From the human T2T-CHM13v2.0 reference genome, Homo sapiens: a DNA stretch of 64,000 nt. Position numbers and translations under genes: made by a program. The notes below the pieces were generated by a model, which made no database searches, was not told where the DNA came from, and saw only the letters and a program-made list of their open reading frames with translations. Shown piece by piece: positions 25,626 to 44,354 of the stretch; within the stretch, counting starts at the first letter, position 1; the number at the start of each line of letters is the position of its first letter. Location of the stretch: assembly GCF_009914755.1 (NCBI RefSeq), contig NC_060947.1. One strand, 5' to 3'.

Positions 25626-26539
25626 TTTCATTCCCCTTTTTTCTTATGCTTCGTCTTCTCTCTCCCTCCTCATCCAACCTCACTTATGCCAGAAAATAAT
25701 GATGGAAGGGGGGTACTAGATGACATCTAATTTTTCCAAAATTTTACTAAAACAAGAGCATTACTCATAAGATTGAACCCAAACAGGCAGCCAGGAGCTT
25801 CAACAAGCTTGAGGAAGTGAACTCTGCAGCTCACCAGATCTCAGAATGTACTTGAAAAACAGAAGGGCCTATTTTGCTTAGAGAGAAAACAAGTTTAAAT
25901 AAGATTTAGTTATGCTGTTTTGCTTGCCAATAACAACTATTCCCTTCTCTCTTCCCCTTCCAGGTCTTCTTCTTCTGTTCTCTACTTTCCCTTTCTTTGT
26001 TCCGACATTTTTTATGTTCTAAATAAAAAATTCAAATGCTCAAAGCCACGTGTTGTGATCACTGACACCTCAGCAGATGGCATGTAAACACAGAGCTCAC
26101 TGGGCTGGAGCCTGGCTTTGCAGGCAAGGGAGGTGGGCTTGCAGGTAAAAATTCCCCCTGGTCCCAAATGCCAGGGAGCCCAGTCACCTCTCCTGGTGCA
26201 CAACTTCTCTGGTAGCTCAGGATTCACTTTCTTCTCCAAATGGAAATGGTACATAGAACACCAAGGGAATGAGGAGTGGGGACTGGGCTGGTTTCCAACT
26301 TCCTGCCATGCATTTCAAAAGCCACAGGCATTTGTCAGCTTAAAGTTGCGAACTCTGAGACTCCTATTCTCTCTCTCCCAAAATGCCTTTATTATAGTCA
26401 ACCACTGCACTGTGTCTCTCTTCTCTCTCTCCCCTGCCTGAAATTAACAAGGAAAGATCATTTCCTACCCAATGTTATAGCAAGATGAATTAAAAGCATT
26501 TTATCTTCTCCCCAAACTCTCAGATTATGTCCTCTAAAA

Positions 26540-26830
26540 CAGTGCTTCCTAAACTACCTGTGAAGAAGAACCAGTTTTTCCCCCCAAGATCTTCATGGAC
26601 CAGTAAACATGCAACAAAAATAAATTACTTAAAAAATGAAATAAGCAAAATAAGATATATAAAATATAAGTTCAGTATTTTTAGTATTACATTCAATAGC
26701 CATTATATTACCCTGTCAAGTTCCTATGAAGGTTGGTAAAGACTTACCCTCCATTTCTTTCCTTATATCATCTCAGACTGGTAACAAACAATGAACCAGC
26801 ACCAGTCTGCACACATTTTGAGTAGCACTG
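26540..26830. mobile_element. hAT-Charlie-type MITE
   Basis: TIRs cagtgcttcctaaa / tttgagtagcactg. 8-bp TSD-like flanks ctctaaaa / ctctgaag. Confidence 0.7.
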
Positions 26831-26989
26831 CTCTGAAGGTCTTTACAGTAAGTGTTTTTTTCTATATATACCACTGTATGTCCAACAACTTGTTCACTTC
26901 ACAGCAAGGAAAACAGAGTGTATTGTCCTTAAGAACCTTATAATTGTATTGTTCAGACCAGACTTGCATAGCTTATGATAATTGCCACT

Positions 26990-27375
26990 GAGATAGAACA
27001 GGTGCTGGGACAATGAATAAAGAGAAGGCAGATTGTGGAAGTCAATACCGTGGAAGTCTGCATAGTGTAGCCAGAGAAGGCCTTTCAGAAAAGGTGACTT
27101 TGAAACCATAATCTGAAAGAGGAGAAAGATTCAGCTACATGACGAAACAGGGAGAGTTCATGCATAGGGAACAGTACATGTCAAAGTCCTGAGGCAGAAA
27201 ACAGCTTGATGTCTTCCCTGAACAGTCAGAAGGCAATTTTGGGTAGAGCAGAATGAGTGACAGGACAGATTAGATGCCAGGTGGAAGAGTTTTACCCTTT
27301 TTTCAACAGCAACAGAAGGCCCATTGAAGAATTTCAAGCAGGGAAGGGGTATGATCTGATTTATGCTTTTTTAAA
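26990..27375 (+). mobile_element. L2 LINE fragment
   Basis: gaaggcctttcagaaaaggtgactttgaa...gggaacagtacatgtcaaagtcctgaggcag...tttcaagcagggaagg..atgatctgattt. Confidence 0.7.
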
Positions 27376-28299
27376 AATCCGTGTCAAATGGATGAGTTTT
27401 ATGTGATATAAATTATACCTCAATGAAGCTGTTAGTAAAAAAAAAAAAGAGAGAGAGAGAGAGAGAGATCAGTGGCTATTTCCCCATTAATAGAACTTAT
27501 GCCACGTTGTAATTATTTATTTATTCATACAAATAACCCCCACTGAACTGAAGTGCCATGAGGGCAAGGACCAAGTTTGAGATGGCTCGCCATTGTAACA
27601 GCTAGCACTTAATAGGTTTCTAAGTATGTTTGTTGGTCAGACTAGAGAATAAAATCATGAGTGAACAATATAAGCAACTTGTAATCAAGTACTAATTTAT
27701 ATGGTGTAATTGTCAACTCTACACATTGTATCCTCCCAGGAGGATGGATCTGCTTTCTAGAAAAAGACTTGTGTCTCTCATTAGCAATCTGACAACTTGA
27801 ATCACCACAATTACTATGCATTTCTTTACTGAAGCATCACCCAGATGAACAGTACAAATGGCACCAAAGGCAGAGCCAGTCTTCATCCAAAATGTGAGAT
27901 AGATAGTTGTCTTTGGCAGCCTTCCAACCCTCATTCTACTGCTTTTATCTTTCCTATAGGCAAGCCACCTTTTCTCACCCATAATCTATCATCAACTCCT
28001 AAAAGTCACCCAACTTATCTTGTCTCTGTTTTCCCCCTGTACAAAATGTGCCCTAATAATAGTACTGTATGAAGGAAAACTCCACATCATACCTTGAAAA
28101 TAAATGCACTTAATGTAAGCCTTGGATATATTTATTTCCAACTCTCAAATATCCACACTTCCAAAAGTAAAGTGAATTTCAGTATGTGAAAATCAACAAA
28201 GATGGGATAATACCAAAGTCATTTGGATCTTTGGAAGACTGAATTGTCGGGCTATTCTCAAATCATGGATGGTCTGTGTTTGGATGACAGTTGTGTAAC

Positions 28300-28580
28300 C
28301 AGTGTCTATGTGAAAGATGGCTTTGGAGAGTTAATCAACAGAAGCTTACAAGACCCTGCATGAACTGCTTAGGCATAAAGGTCATGTTGGTTTTATATAG
28401 CTGCATTCAGATGTGAGCAAACATGCACTGATCAAACAAACAGACATGATATGATTGAGAAGTGGTGCAATTTATGAAATATAGCAGAACCTACAAATCA
28501 AAATGGGTAGTTTCCGTTTCAGAAGAATCACTTCTGGATATTATACCCATATTTCTAACAAATATCACCATTGTTACACA
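28300..28580. mobile_element. Possible ancient mariner-type (MARNA-like) remnant
   Basis: Weak similarity (ggtcatgttggttttatatagct; caaaatgggtagtttcc...tatacccatatttc). Confidence 0.3.
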
Positions 28581-29190
28581 GAAGCAGTCAAGTGTACAGA
28601 AAACTTAGAACGCAGAGAGTGAGAAAGCAGAATTTCAATTCACCCTACCTATGAGCAGTAGGATTGCTTCCAATCTGTCCCTGCCTTCTCTCATATCTTT
28701 TAATCTCTTCCCACTGCACACAAAGATTACCGTTCAAACCAAAGAAAAGGATACTAACATGGCTAGCCAACAAAACCATTGATTGCAACCAAATAGAATT
28801 GGTGAAATGCAAACAGCACTAGAATTCGATAAGTTTAGTCCAAGCACACAAAAATCATTGAATTTGTAATCAACCCTTAATTATTAAAATCCTTATGAAA
28901 TAATAAGATAGGCTTAACAGAAATTCCATAGCACAACAGGAAATTTGGGACCTTAGAGTCACTTAGCACCTATGTTGTAGAGTATACACATATACTTATT
29001 GCACAGAAGGCATGGGAAGTCATGCAATAATAAGACAAAAATCCATAAACAGTCATCCATATGTACAATAGCCTATGTAATCATTGGGAAGGGGGAGGAT
29101 AAAGGAGCACAATTAGCCCCCTTACTACCTAGTAGAAGATACAGGGACAAATTTGATATAGATGTTCTTAACCATTATTTCACTAATTGA

Positions 29191-30010
29191 AAATGTTAGC
29201 AAGGATGCAGAAAAAAGGGAATGCTTGCACATTGTTAGTGGGAATGTAAATTAGTGCAGCCATTATGGAAAACAGTATGGAGGTTCCTCAAAAAACTGAA
29301 AATAGAACTACCATATGATCCAGTAATCCCATTGCTGGGCATATATCCAAAAGAAACAAATCAGCATATTGAAGAGTTATCTGCACTTTATGTTTACTGC
29401 AGCACTATTCACAATAATCAAGAAGTGGAATCAATCTAAGTGTCCATGAACAAATGGATAAAGGAAATGTGGTATATGTACACAACGGAATACTATTTAG
29501 CCATAAAAGGGTGGAAATCCTGTCACTGTGACATTCATTTGGATGAATCTAAAGGACATTATGTCAAGTGAAATAAGCCAGGCACAAAAAGACAAATACC
29601 ACGTGATCTCACGTATATGTGGAATCTTAAAACGTTGAACTCATAGAAGTAGAGAGCAGAATGGTGGTTACCAGAGGCTAGGGGGTGAGGAGAGAGGGAA
29701 TGAGGAGTTGTTAATAAACAGGTCCAAAGTTTCAGACAGGCAGTAGGAATAGGTTTTGAGAGCTATTGCACAGCAGGGTGCAATAACAATGCATCATATA
29801 TTTCAAACTAAGAGGGTAAATTTCAAATGTCTCACCTTAAAAAATTGTAGGTAAGCAAGGTGATGGATATGTGAATTAGCTTGATCTAATCATTTCACAT
29901 TGTATATGTATATCAAAACATCACATTGTACCCCATAAATGTACACAATTATGATTTGTCAATCACAATAATATTAATAATTAAAAAAGAAAGAAAGGAA
30001 AGAAAAGAAA
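29191..30010 (+). mobile_element. 5'-truncated L1M (L1MA-class) 3' end, sense to GRIA3
   Basis: ORF2 C-terminal peptide [33 protein letters not shown] (ORF 29254..29439), then 3' UTR and an A-rich tail. Confidence 0.9.
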
Positions 30011-30541
30011 ATGGTTCTTGAAGAATGAAATTTCAATAGAGGCACCTAAAGTTGTAAGTAATAAAGTAGGGGCCCTTTGTAGGCAAAGAGAACAAAGATA
30101 CCAATGTTAAAAGAGTGCATGATGTGGCTAGAGCATGAGGTCTGTTGAAGGAAATGGTGTAGATGAGGCCAGGGGAGCAGAAGATAACAGATAATGGAAA
30201 TCCTTGAAAATGAAGTTAAGATATTTGGCTGTTAATAGAAAGTAGGGACTCATTGCAGTCCTTTGAGAAAGGAGTCTTATACACTAACTGGTATTTTAGG
30301 AAGGTAAATTTATTATGTGAAGAATAAACTGGAGAGGGAAAAAAAAAGAAATCAGAGCACCAACTAGGAAGCTAGGACAATAATCTAGGCCAGTGGTTCT
30401 CAAACCCTCTTGTACTTCAAAATCACCTGTTGAATTAGATGCTTGGGCCTCATACTCCGTAAGTCTAAATTAGAGAAAGGGATACAAAAAGAAGAGATTT
30501 TAAAGGAATGTAATCACCTTGCTTTGGGGCACATTCTTTTT

Positions 30542-31460
30542 TTATTTTTTTTAAGTGAAAGCAAGTTTATTAGGAAAGTAAAGGAACAAAGAATAGGCAG
30601 AGCAGCCCCTAGGGCTGCTGGTTGCCCATTTTTATGGTTATTTCTTGATTACATGTTAAACAAGGGGTGGATTATTCATGAGTTTTCTGGGAAAGTGGTG
30701 GACAATTCCCAGAACTGAGGGTTCCTCCCCATTTTAGACCATAGGGTAACTTCCTGACATTGCCACGGCATTTGTAAACTGTCATGGCGCTGGTGGGAGT
30801 GTAGCAATGAGGACAACCAGAGGTCGCTCTCATTGCTATCTTGGTTTTGGTGAGATTTAGCAGGCTTATCAGCAAGTTCTTTATGACCCATATCTTGTGC
30901 TGACCTCCTATATCATCCTGTGACTTAGAATGCCTAACCACCTCGGAATGCAGCCCAGTAGGTCTCAGCCTTATTTTACCCAGCCCCTACTCATGATGGA
31001 GTTGCTCTTGTTCAAATGCCTCTGACATTTCTCCTCTCCCTTTTATAAGAGAACCTTTAATCCTAAGGGTTCTCCTTCGTAGAAGGATGAAGATTCATCT
31101 TCTGTAACTTCTTTAGGCTGAATAGGGCAATGATATTCCCGCTTAACTATTGGTTCCCTTGCATTTGGGGTAGAGAGGAGCTCAGTCAAAATGCTGACTT
31201 GGTATGTCAAGGGCCATTTATAACTCTTGAGTTCCAACAAAAGGTGATATCTGGAAAATTATTAAGTGTTCAATTTAAGAGAACATTGAGTAAGCTTATC
31301 CTGCATTCCTACACGTAGAGTGTAACAGCAATATATTCCACAACAGTAAAGCAAAATAAGCCAAATTATTCCAAGTAAACTAAATAAGAAGGCTTTCCAT
31401 GAACTGGGAAACTGTTGGAACCAAGCTGATATGGGGTTGCTAGCTGACTCCAGTATGTAA
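30542..31460 (-). mobile_element. Processed (L1-mobilised) ERV1 copy: env-TM/3' internal region plus MER41B LTR U3-R plus poly(A)
   Basis: LTR start TGTCAGAGGC at 31027 preceded by a polypurine tract. The LTR stops after AATAAACTTGCTTTCACTT and runs into poly(A). 14-bp TSD ggcacattcttttt at 30528 and 31461. TM-like peptide WKAFLFSLLGIIWLILLYCC in ORF 31262..31483. Confidence 0.85.
30685..30714. promoter_or_regulatory. Tandem GAS (STAT) motifs TTCTGGGAA and TTCCCAGAA in MER41B
   Basis: Both fit TTCN3GAA (30685-30693, 30706-30714), at the position where MER41B carries STAT1 sites. Confidence 0.65.
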
Positions 31461-32028
31461 GGCACATTCTTTTTACAACGCACATGGAATATGTAAGTTA
31501 ATTTAGTCAGCAGGTGGTTAGAGAAGGGAGTTTTAGAGATATGAGAAGGTTTAATTGGAGAGTCATTGGTATCTTATTCAAAGTGAATTCAGGTTGAAAA
31601 TGCCAAAATAAAATAAGAAATTAATTTGTTTTACAGACTCTAAAGCCTCAAAATGTAACAAGTTCATTTTCTGAGGTATTTGTGTGGTAAATGTCATCCT
31701 TTTGAAAAAGCAGATTCTCAGAGCCCGACTTTATGAAAAATCATGAGTATCCCCATAGTCAAACACTCAAAATTAAAAATATAAAAAGGCAAATAAAAAA
31801 GAACAAAAAATTCTAATGTCTTTGGGTAGACGAGAAATGCCAGAAGAAGGTACTTGTTTTCAAGCAGAAAATGAACTGCTGAAGCAGTCTATGATTCAGT
31901 GAAGGGAGAAAGCAGTTGCTGCAAAACAGCTTAAACAAAAGGAACCATTGTTTCTCGCAAAAATATCAAGTCTACTGAAACACATTTTGTTTTCGGTAAA
32001 AATGCTATTTTAAAATATATTATTTTAA

Positions 32029-32457
<429 letters not shown>

Positions 32458-34058
32458 TTCTGGTTGTTGTTTGTTTGTTTGTTTGTTTTTTCTGAATAGT
32501 CGTCATTGGATGAGGAGTTCAGGTCAAGCATTTAAACCCTGAAACAAAAGTCAGAACAAACTAAAAAGACTTAAGAACATGAAACCAAATGTCAACTTTG
32601 TTTGAGCCAAGGACATGAATTAAAAAGTAAAAACTTGTAAAATCGTTTATCATGTATTTAAACTAGTAATCATATACTTTTTTCTAAAGACTTGGATTTT
32701 CTGATAATAAAAATATCTGTCTGTGTTCACATATATTGCTGTCTGGTCACTGCTCTACTTCTACTCACAACAGCATTCATTATACAAGGGAAAAAATGGA
32801 ATATAGGGAGGAGGCTGGGCTGTGGGACAGAGAGAAGTCTGAGTGACAGTAATTGGAGTGTGTCTGATAGGCAGATGCTTCATGGGACTAGTCGGAACTG
32901 ATTGGCTGAGGGAGCTATGTCCCACTCGTGGGTGTTATTATCAGAGAGGAGGAGTGAGAATGGAACTTTCTGGAAAAGGTCACATGATAAAGAGGACCAG
33001 TAAGAGGTAGCTTCACGAATGGAGTCTGAGCCAGCTAGCTATGGAGAATAATTTGACAGCTGGCAGGCAGACAGGTAGGATATGTACCTTCCTCTACTGC
33101 TCCCTACCCCTTAAAACCCCATCTCTTTCTGCTTTTACCTCTCGGGTCTGGGTATTGAAGGCCTAATGCTGTTTCATTCAATTTTTACAGAAGTTTTAGG
33201 AAACCAGGGACTCTAAATTCTCCGACATGGTGAACTGTGGGTGGCCATCTCCAACTGCTGGTGATGCCAGAAACGAAGGCAATGGGGAACCAGGAGGCAA
33301 TACACACCTTCCTTTAGCTAGAAGCTGTCTCCTAAAATATCTGTCTCTACATATTACCCCCACCCTTTCCCTTTCCACTTTTACCTAATGGCTTTCAAGT
33401 GACAAAAACTGTGTGGGCAATTTTACAAAAGTTTCAGAAAGGCCAGACATTTCAATTTCTCAAAAGAGTGAAGTGGCAAGTCCCACTGTAGATCATAATA
33501 CAAAAAAAAAAAAAAATTGGCCAAGAGCTAGGAAACTCTAATAATTTAGCTAATCATTTAGCCAGATTATATGAGCATTTAGCCAGATATTCATATAATA
33601 GCCATCTCTACATTCCTTAACCTTCTCCTGATAGAGATTGGTGCCGGATAGCAAATTCTGTTACAATAATTTTTTGGTAGGGTTTAAAGAAAACAGGGGA
33701 TCAAAATTCCCAAAAGTGCAGACTTTGGGTGGCAAACATCAAGTAAAAATTACCAAAAGGGAAAAAAGCAAAAAGGAGCCACTAACTTTTAATATCTCCC
33801 ACCCTTCCACTCTCTCCTCTCCTCCTTTCCCCTTTTACTTACTGTATGTGTGATACTCAGATCTGTTGATTTAATGTCTTAACAGAGGTTTTATGTGGAT
33901 TCTTCCTCAATTTTCCAAACTCAAGGACTGCGAATTGGAAGCTCACAAAAGGAAATGTAGCAACATGCTATGAGCAAGAATAATCATTTAAAATAAAAGG
34001 ATAGGCAGAAGAGAGCCAAGAGCCAGGCAACCTCTGTCCCATAGGCAAAACATCTCTC

Positions 34059-34104
34059 TTTTTTGTAGGCTAGTCAAGTGCAGCAGTGGGAGTACAGAAG
34101 GCAC
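34059..34104 (-). pseudogene. 5'-truncated Y RNA (RNY3-type) retrocopy
   Basis: aggctagtcaagtgcagcagtgggagtacagaaggcac is the reverse complement of the Y3 3' end, with a short T tail and degenerate TSD aac(a/t)t(c/t)tctctt. Confidence 0.75.
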
Positions 34105-35392
34105 TAGAACTTTTCTCTTAATACAACTATGCCTACCATTCATCCCTTTTTTCCCAGTTGCTCAGATCCTCAATTCCTGTCGAAGATTCGCTGGCCAGCT
34201 CTGCTGAATTAGTGTCTTTGCTGAGATGATAGGGAGCGTCTGGCCTCAATTTTCAAAATGTTGTATGCACTGTGCTTGTCCATGACTCCAATAATGTCTA
34301 GCGATATGTGAAAGAAAACAGAATATATTTTAAAACAATAGAGTAGAGGTGGAAGGTGGACTAAGAGCCAGGCATGTCTGCCTCTCAGCCAGCAACTGTC
34401 TCCGAACTTCCTTCTTTCTACTGTTATTCTTTACCTTTTTCTTTGATCTGTTTACCTATTTGATCTGTATGGTGGCCATTTCTGCTATGTTAGTTGTTTT
34501 ACAGAGGTTTTAGAGCTACTTGGCATTTATATCCAAACTTGAGGTCAGTGTGTTATCAACTCAAAAAAAGAAATCTAGCAAGAGTTATGGATAAGAGAAA
34601 TGTCTTAAAAATAATGAGATTCTAGGTGAATAAGGACCAGGAACCAGCCAACTTCTGCTCTTAGACAGGATCCCTACATTCTACCAGTGACCTTAATCCC
34701 TTTATTTTCCTTTTATCCTCTAGGTGTTCAGTGGACATTTCCACTGCATTAATGTCTTTATAGTGTTGAGTGGGACTTGGGTTCAGTATTCGCACCTACA
34801 ATTCGCAAGTGGTCAGCTAAAGAAGTGAAACCTAAAAATAATTTATGAACAAATGAAATGTCTTAAAGATATTGTGATAGGAGCCAAAACAGGATTAGGA
34901 GCCAGCAAACTGCTGTCCTTCATACAAAAGTGGTCTTCTAATAAGCCCCTTTTTAACACACACCCATCCTACTTTTCCTTCTCCCTCTTACTTCCAGGAT
35001 ATGGGGTGGTCACTGCTGCTGCATCAATTACCTACATGAAATTGTTGGGAGACTCTAATCTCAGTTTTCTATACACTGCTGACTGTATTTACTCATGTCA
35101 GCTACACCATTTAGCAATATGAGATGGAAAAGACAACATGCTTTGAATCACATTAGAAGGTACACAGGGAAACCAAGAGTAAGCCAACTTCTGCCCAATA
35201 GTCAGTACCACTCTCCTGCCTTCCTTCACTCTGCCAACGACCTTCACACATTTGTTTTTCCCATTTCCCTTTCAGGTTTTCAGTGGTCACTTCTGTTGCA
35301 TTATTTTGTTTATAGAGATTTCAGTGGGGCTTGGGAAAATATTCCCACCTGAATCTCTGCAGGTAATCAGAAGTAAGGCCTAGGAATAATGT

Positions 35393-40187
<4,795 letters not shown>

Positions 40188-41521
40188 CTAGGGATAATTT
40201 ATGAGCAATTAAAATGCTTTTAAATGATACGATAGGAAAATGAGCAGGATAAGAGGCAGCCAACTTCACTTTGGCCTTTTTTTAAACCCTCTTAAATTCT
40301 GGATATCTTTTAGTGTTCTCTGTTATATTAGTTCTTTGCTGTAATTGCCCAAATAATCCAGTCTCAGTTTTCTGGACCTGCAGACTGTATTTGCGGATAT
40401 CACCCTTAGAATCTAGCAATATGTGATGGAAAAGTGGCATGCTTTGGGCCACATTAGATGGGAAATAGATGAACCAGTAATCAGCCAACTCTCAACTTTA
40501 GTGAGCACTTATCTCCTAACTCTTCTTTATACCAATAACCTTTGCACATCTATTTTCACCTTTCATCTTCTAGATGTTCTGTGGTCATGTCTGTTGTCCT
40601 ATTTTATTTATAGAGATTTCAGTCAGCTCAGCCAGCTATTCCCACCTCTGAGTCTTCAAGTGGTCATCTCAAGAAATGAAAAACTAGCAACAGTTTGTGA
40701 ATAAGCTAAATGTCTTAAAGTGTTGTCATAGGCAATAAAGCAGGATCAAGAGCCAGCCAACCTGTAAAGTTTATGGAAAAATGGTCTCCTAATATTAACA
40801 GTCCTAGCATACCACTGTCCCCTTCTTTCATTCTCTATCTTATGTCCTGGATATTGGTTACTAAGCTCTGCCACATTAGTGTCTTTACTTATGTTGTCTG
40901 AAGAATCTAGTCTCACTTTCCTGCACCTTGCACACTTTATTTGTGCATGTCAACCATACAATCTAGAAATATGTGACAGAAAAAAAAACAAAATATTTTA
41001 AAATAGAATAGAAGCAAGTGAACTAGGAGGCAGACAACTCCTGCTATTCAGAAAAAAAATTGGGCTTTCAGTGTTTGCCTCTTGCCACAACCTGCCCTTT
41101 TCTTATTTACACCCTTACATCCTGGGTATTTGGTAGGAAACCATCTTATATTCGTGTCTTTGCTAAAGTTGGCATAAGAATCTAGTCTCGGTTTTCTGTA
41201 TCTGTAGACTGTGTTTGCACATATCATGATAGAATCTGGGAATATATGATAGAAAACATAATACACTTTGAACCATGTTAGAAAGGAAACTGGTGAATGA
41301 GGAGTCAGCCAACTCTTGCCCATCAGCCATCCCTTTTCTCCTAACTTCTTTATTTCTTCCAATGTTCTGAGTTTACTTTTCCCCTTTTATCTTTCAGGTA
41401 TTTAGTGGTCATTTCTGTTGTGTTATTTATATAGAGAGATCAGTAGGGTTGGGCCAAATATTCTCACATTTTGGTCTGCAAGTGGTCAGCTCAAGAAGTG
41501 AAACCTGGGAAGAGGTTATGA

Positions 41522-41965
<444 letters not shown>

Positions 41966-43093
41966 TCTTTTCGTTCACTCTTTTCCCTTGTGGATATTTG
42001 TTGGTCACTTCTGTTATATTACTTTCTTTGCTGAAGCTTTCCAGAGGCCGAAGTCTCTTTTGTAACTTGGAGTTTGTATTTGCATATATCAACAGTTGAA
42101 TCTAACAATTTGTGGTATAAAGACATGCTTGAACCCAAATTAAATGGAAATAGGTAAACCACGAAATAGCCAATTCCCTCCCATTAGTTGTAAGTTCCTT
42201 ATTTCTGTCTATGATATTTCTCATTTTATTTTCTCCTATTCCCACATGGATTTTTAAAATTATCTCTGTAACATTAGTATCTTTTGAGAGATTTGAGAGA
42301 GTTTCCACCTTGAAGTCTGAGGTCACAACATCAAACAGAGAAGCTTAGCAAGCATTATAGAAAAGTGAAATTCCTTAAAATAATTAAATAACAAGAAAGT
42401 ATGAACCATGAGCCAGCCAATTTTTGTCTTTGTGCCAAACTATTTATCCTAACTTCCATCATCCTTTATAGCCCCTCCATCATCACCATTCTATTGCCTT
42501 CCTTATACACTCTGGTTGTTGTCTGGGCTCTTGTCTGTGTTATTGTCTTTATATTGGTTTCAAGGATTCACAGCTCAGCTTTACCACCTTGACTACTGTG
42601 GGTGTCTTGCATGATGAAAAAGATTTAACAAGATAGTATAAAAATGTGTATTCCCTTAATATTTTTGGATTTTATAAAAAGAAGTTCCAGAAATCATACA
42701 CCTCCTGTCCTCTATCGAGATCCTCAATCCTAAAATAACTGTGATCCTCAGTCTCCCTATTTCACTTCACTTTTACATATATTCTCATGCTTGCTAAATG
42801 TTTCATGGTCACCTCTCCCCCATCAGTGTCTTTGCTAAGCCTGTGGGAAAAATCAGGCCTCTGTGTTCAATCTTGTGGACTACAGTTTCTTACAATACAA
42901 AGTAGCAGTTTATGAAGAAAAACAGCACGTGCATTACAAAACTTAATTCAGATGGAAGGTGGTCCAGATGCCAGCTGACTTCTACCATTTATTTAACACC
43001 TCTCTCCTAGCTTCCATCTTCTACTGCTGACCTTCTTTCCTCTATTTTCCCCTTTATCGTCCAAATGTTTAATATTCATTTTTGTAGTGCTAG

Positions 43094-43440
<347 letters not shown>

Positions 43441-43644
43441 CAACTTGAGGACCTTTTGTGGCCAACTCTTAAAGAGAAATCTAGCAAGAGTTGTGGGCAA
43501 GTGAAATACCTTAAAATAATGAGATAATAGGTGAAAATGGACCAAGAGTCAGCCAACTCCTGCCCTCAGCCAGAACTTGTATCCCAACTTTTAATTTCTA
43601 TAACTGCCTGTCACCTTTCTTTTCCCCTTCACTATTCAGATTAG

Positions 43645-43697
43645 TTTTTTTTTAATTTGTATAAATGTATGGGGTATAAGTGTAATTTTGTTACATA
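43645..43697 (-). mobile_element. Tiny L1 3'-terminal insertion
   Basis: T tail plus gtataaatgtatggggtataagtgtaattttgttacat. It accounts for the longer array period at this unit. Confidence 0.5.
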
Positions 43698-44354
43698 GTT
43701 AATTTTAAAACTCTACTGTCAGGAGTGGGATTGTTGAAGGTTATTTTTGTTGCATTAATCCCACCTCAAGGTCTCTGTGTAGCCACTTCTTGCAAGAAAT
43801 GAATTCTGGCAAGAGTTATGAACAAATTAAATGTCTTAAAATAATCATACAAGTGGAGAAAGTAAACCAGGAGCCAGCCAACTTCTCCCCTGAATCAGAA
43901 CATTTCTCCTAACTTCTATCACCCTACCACAACCCTCCCTGCCATCACCATTTTATTTCCCTTTTTATATACTCTATGTTTTATAGTGTCCTATACTGTT
44001 TTAGTGCCTTTACATTGATTTCAGGGATACATGGCCTCAATATAAACACCATGAGGGTTTTGTGTGTCCAATGACTAAAATCTAACATGCTATGGAAAAG
44101 TATGGTGCCTTAAAATTCGAAAGCAAAGAGGACCAGGAGCCTGACACCTCCTGCTCTTTAGCCCAAAACCATCTCTTGCTCTCTTCTCTCTTACCACTTT
44201 CTCCCCTTCTTTATTTCCTGTCTACTTGGTGTATGTTTGCTGGTCAGTTTTGTTGCATTAGTTATTGTATTAAATCTGTCGCTAAACTCAGGCCTCAATT
44301 CACAATTTTGCCAACTATGGTTGTACATGACAACAGCCTCTAGCAACTTGTTTT

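Noticed and set aside
25964-26144. Possible cryptic exon (strong pyrimidine tract + CAG at 25963, CAG|gtaaaa at 26145)
   Set aside because: The donor is weak and such pseudo-exons are expected by chance in a 40-kb intron.
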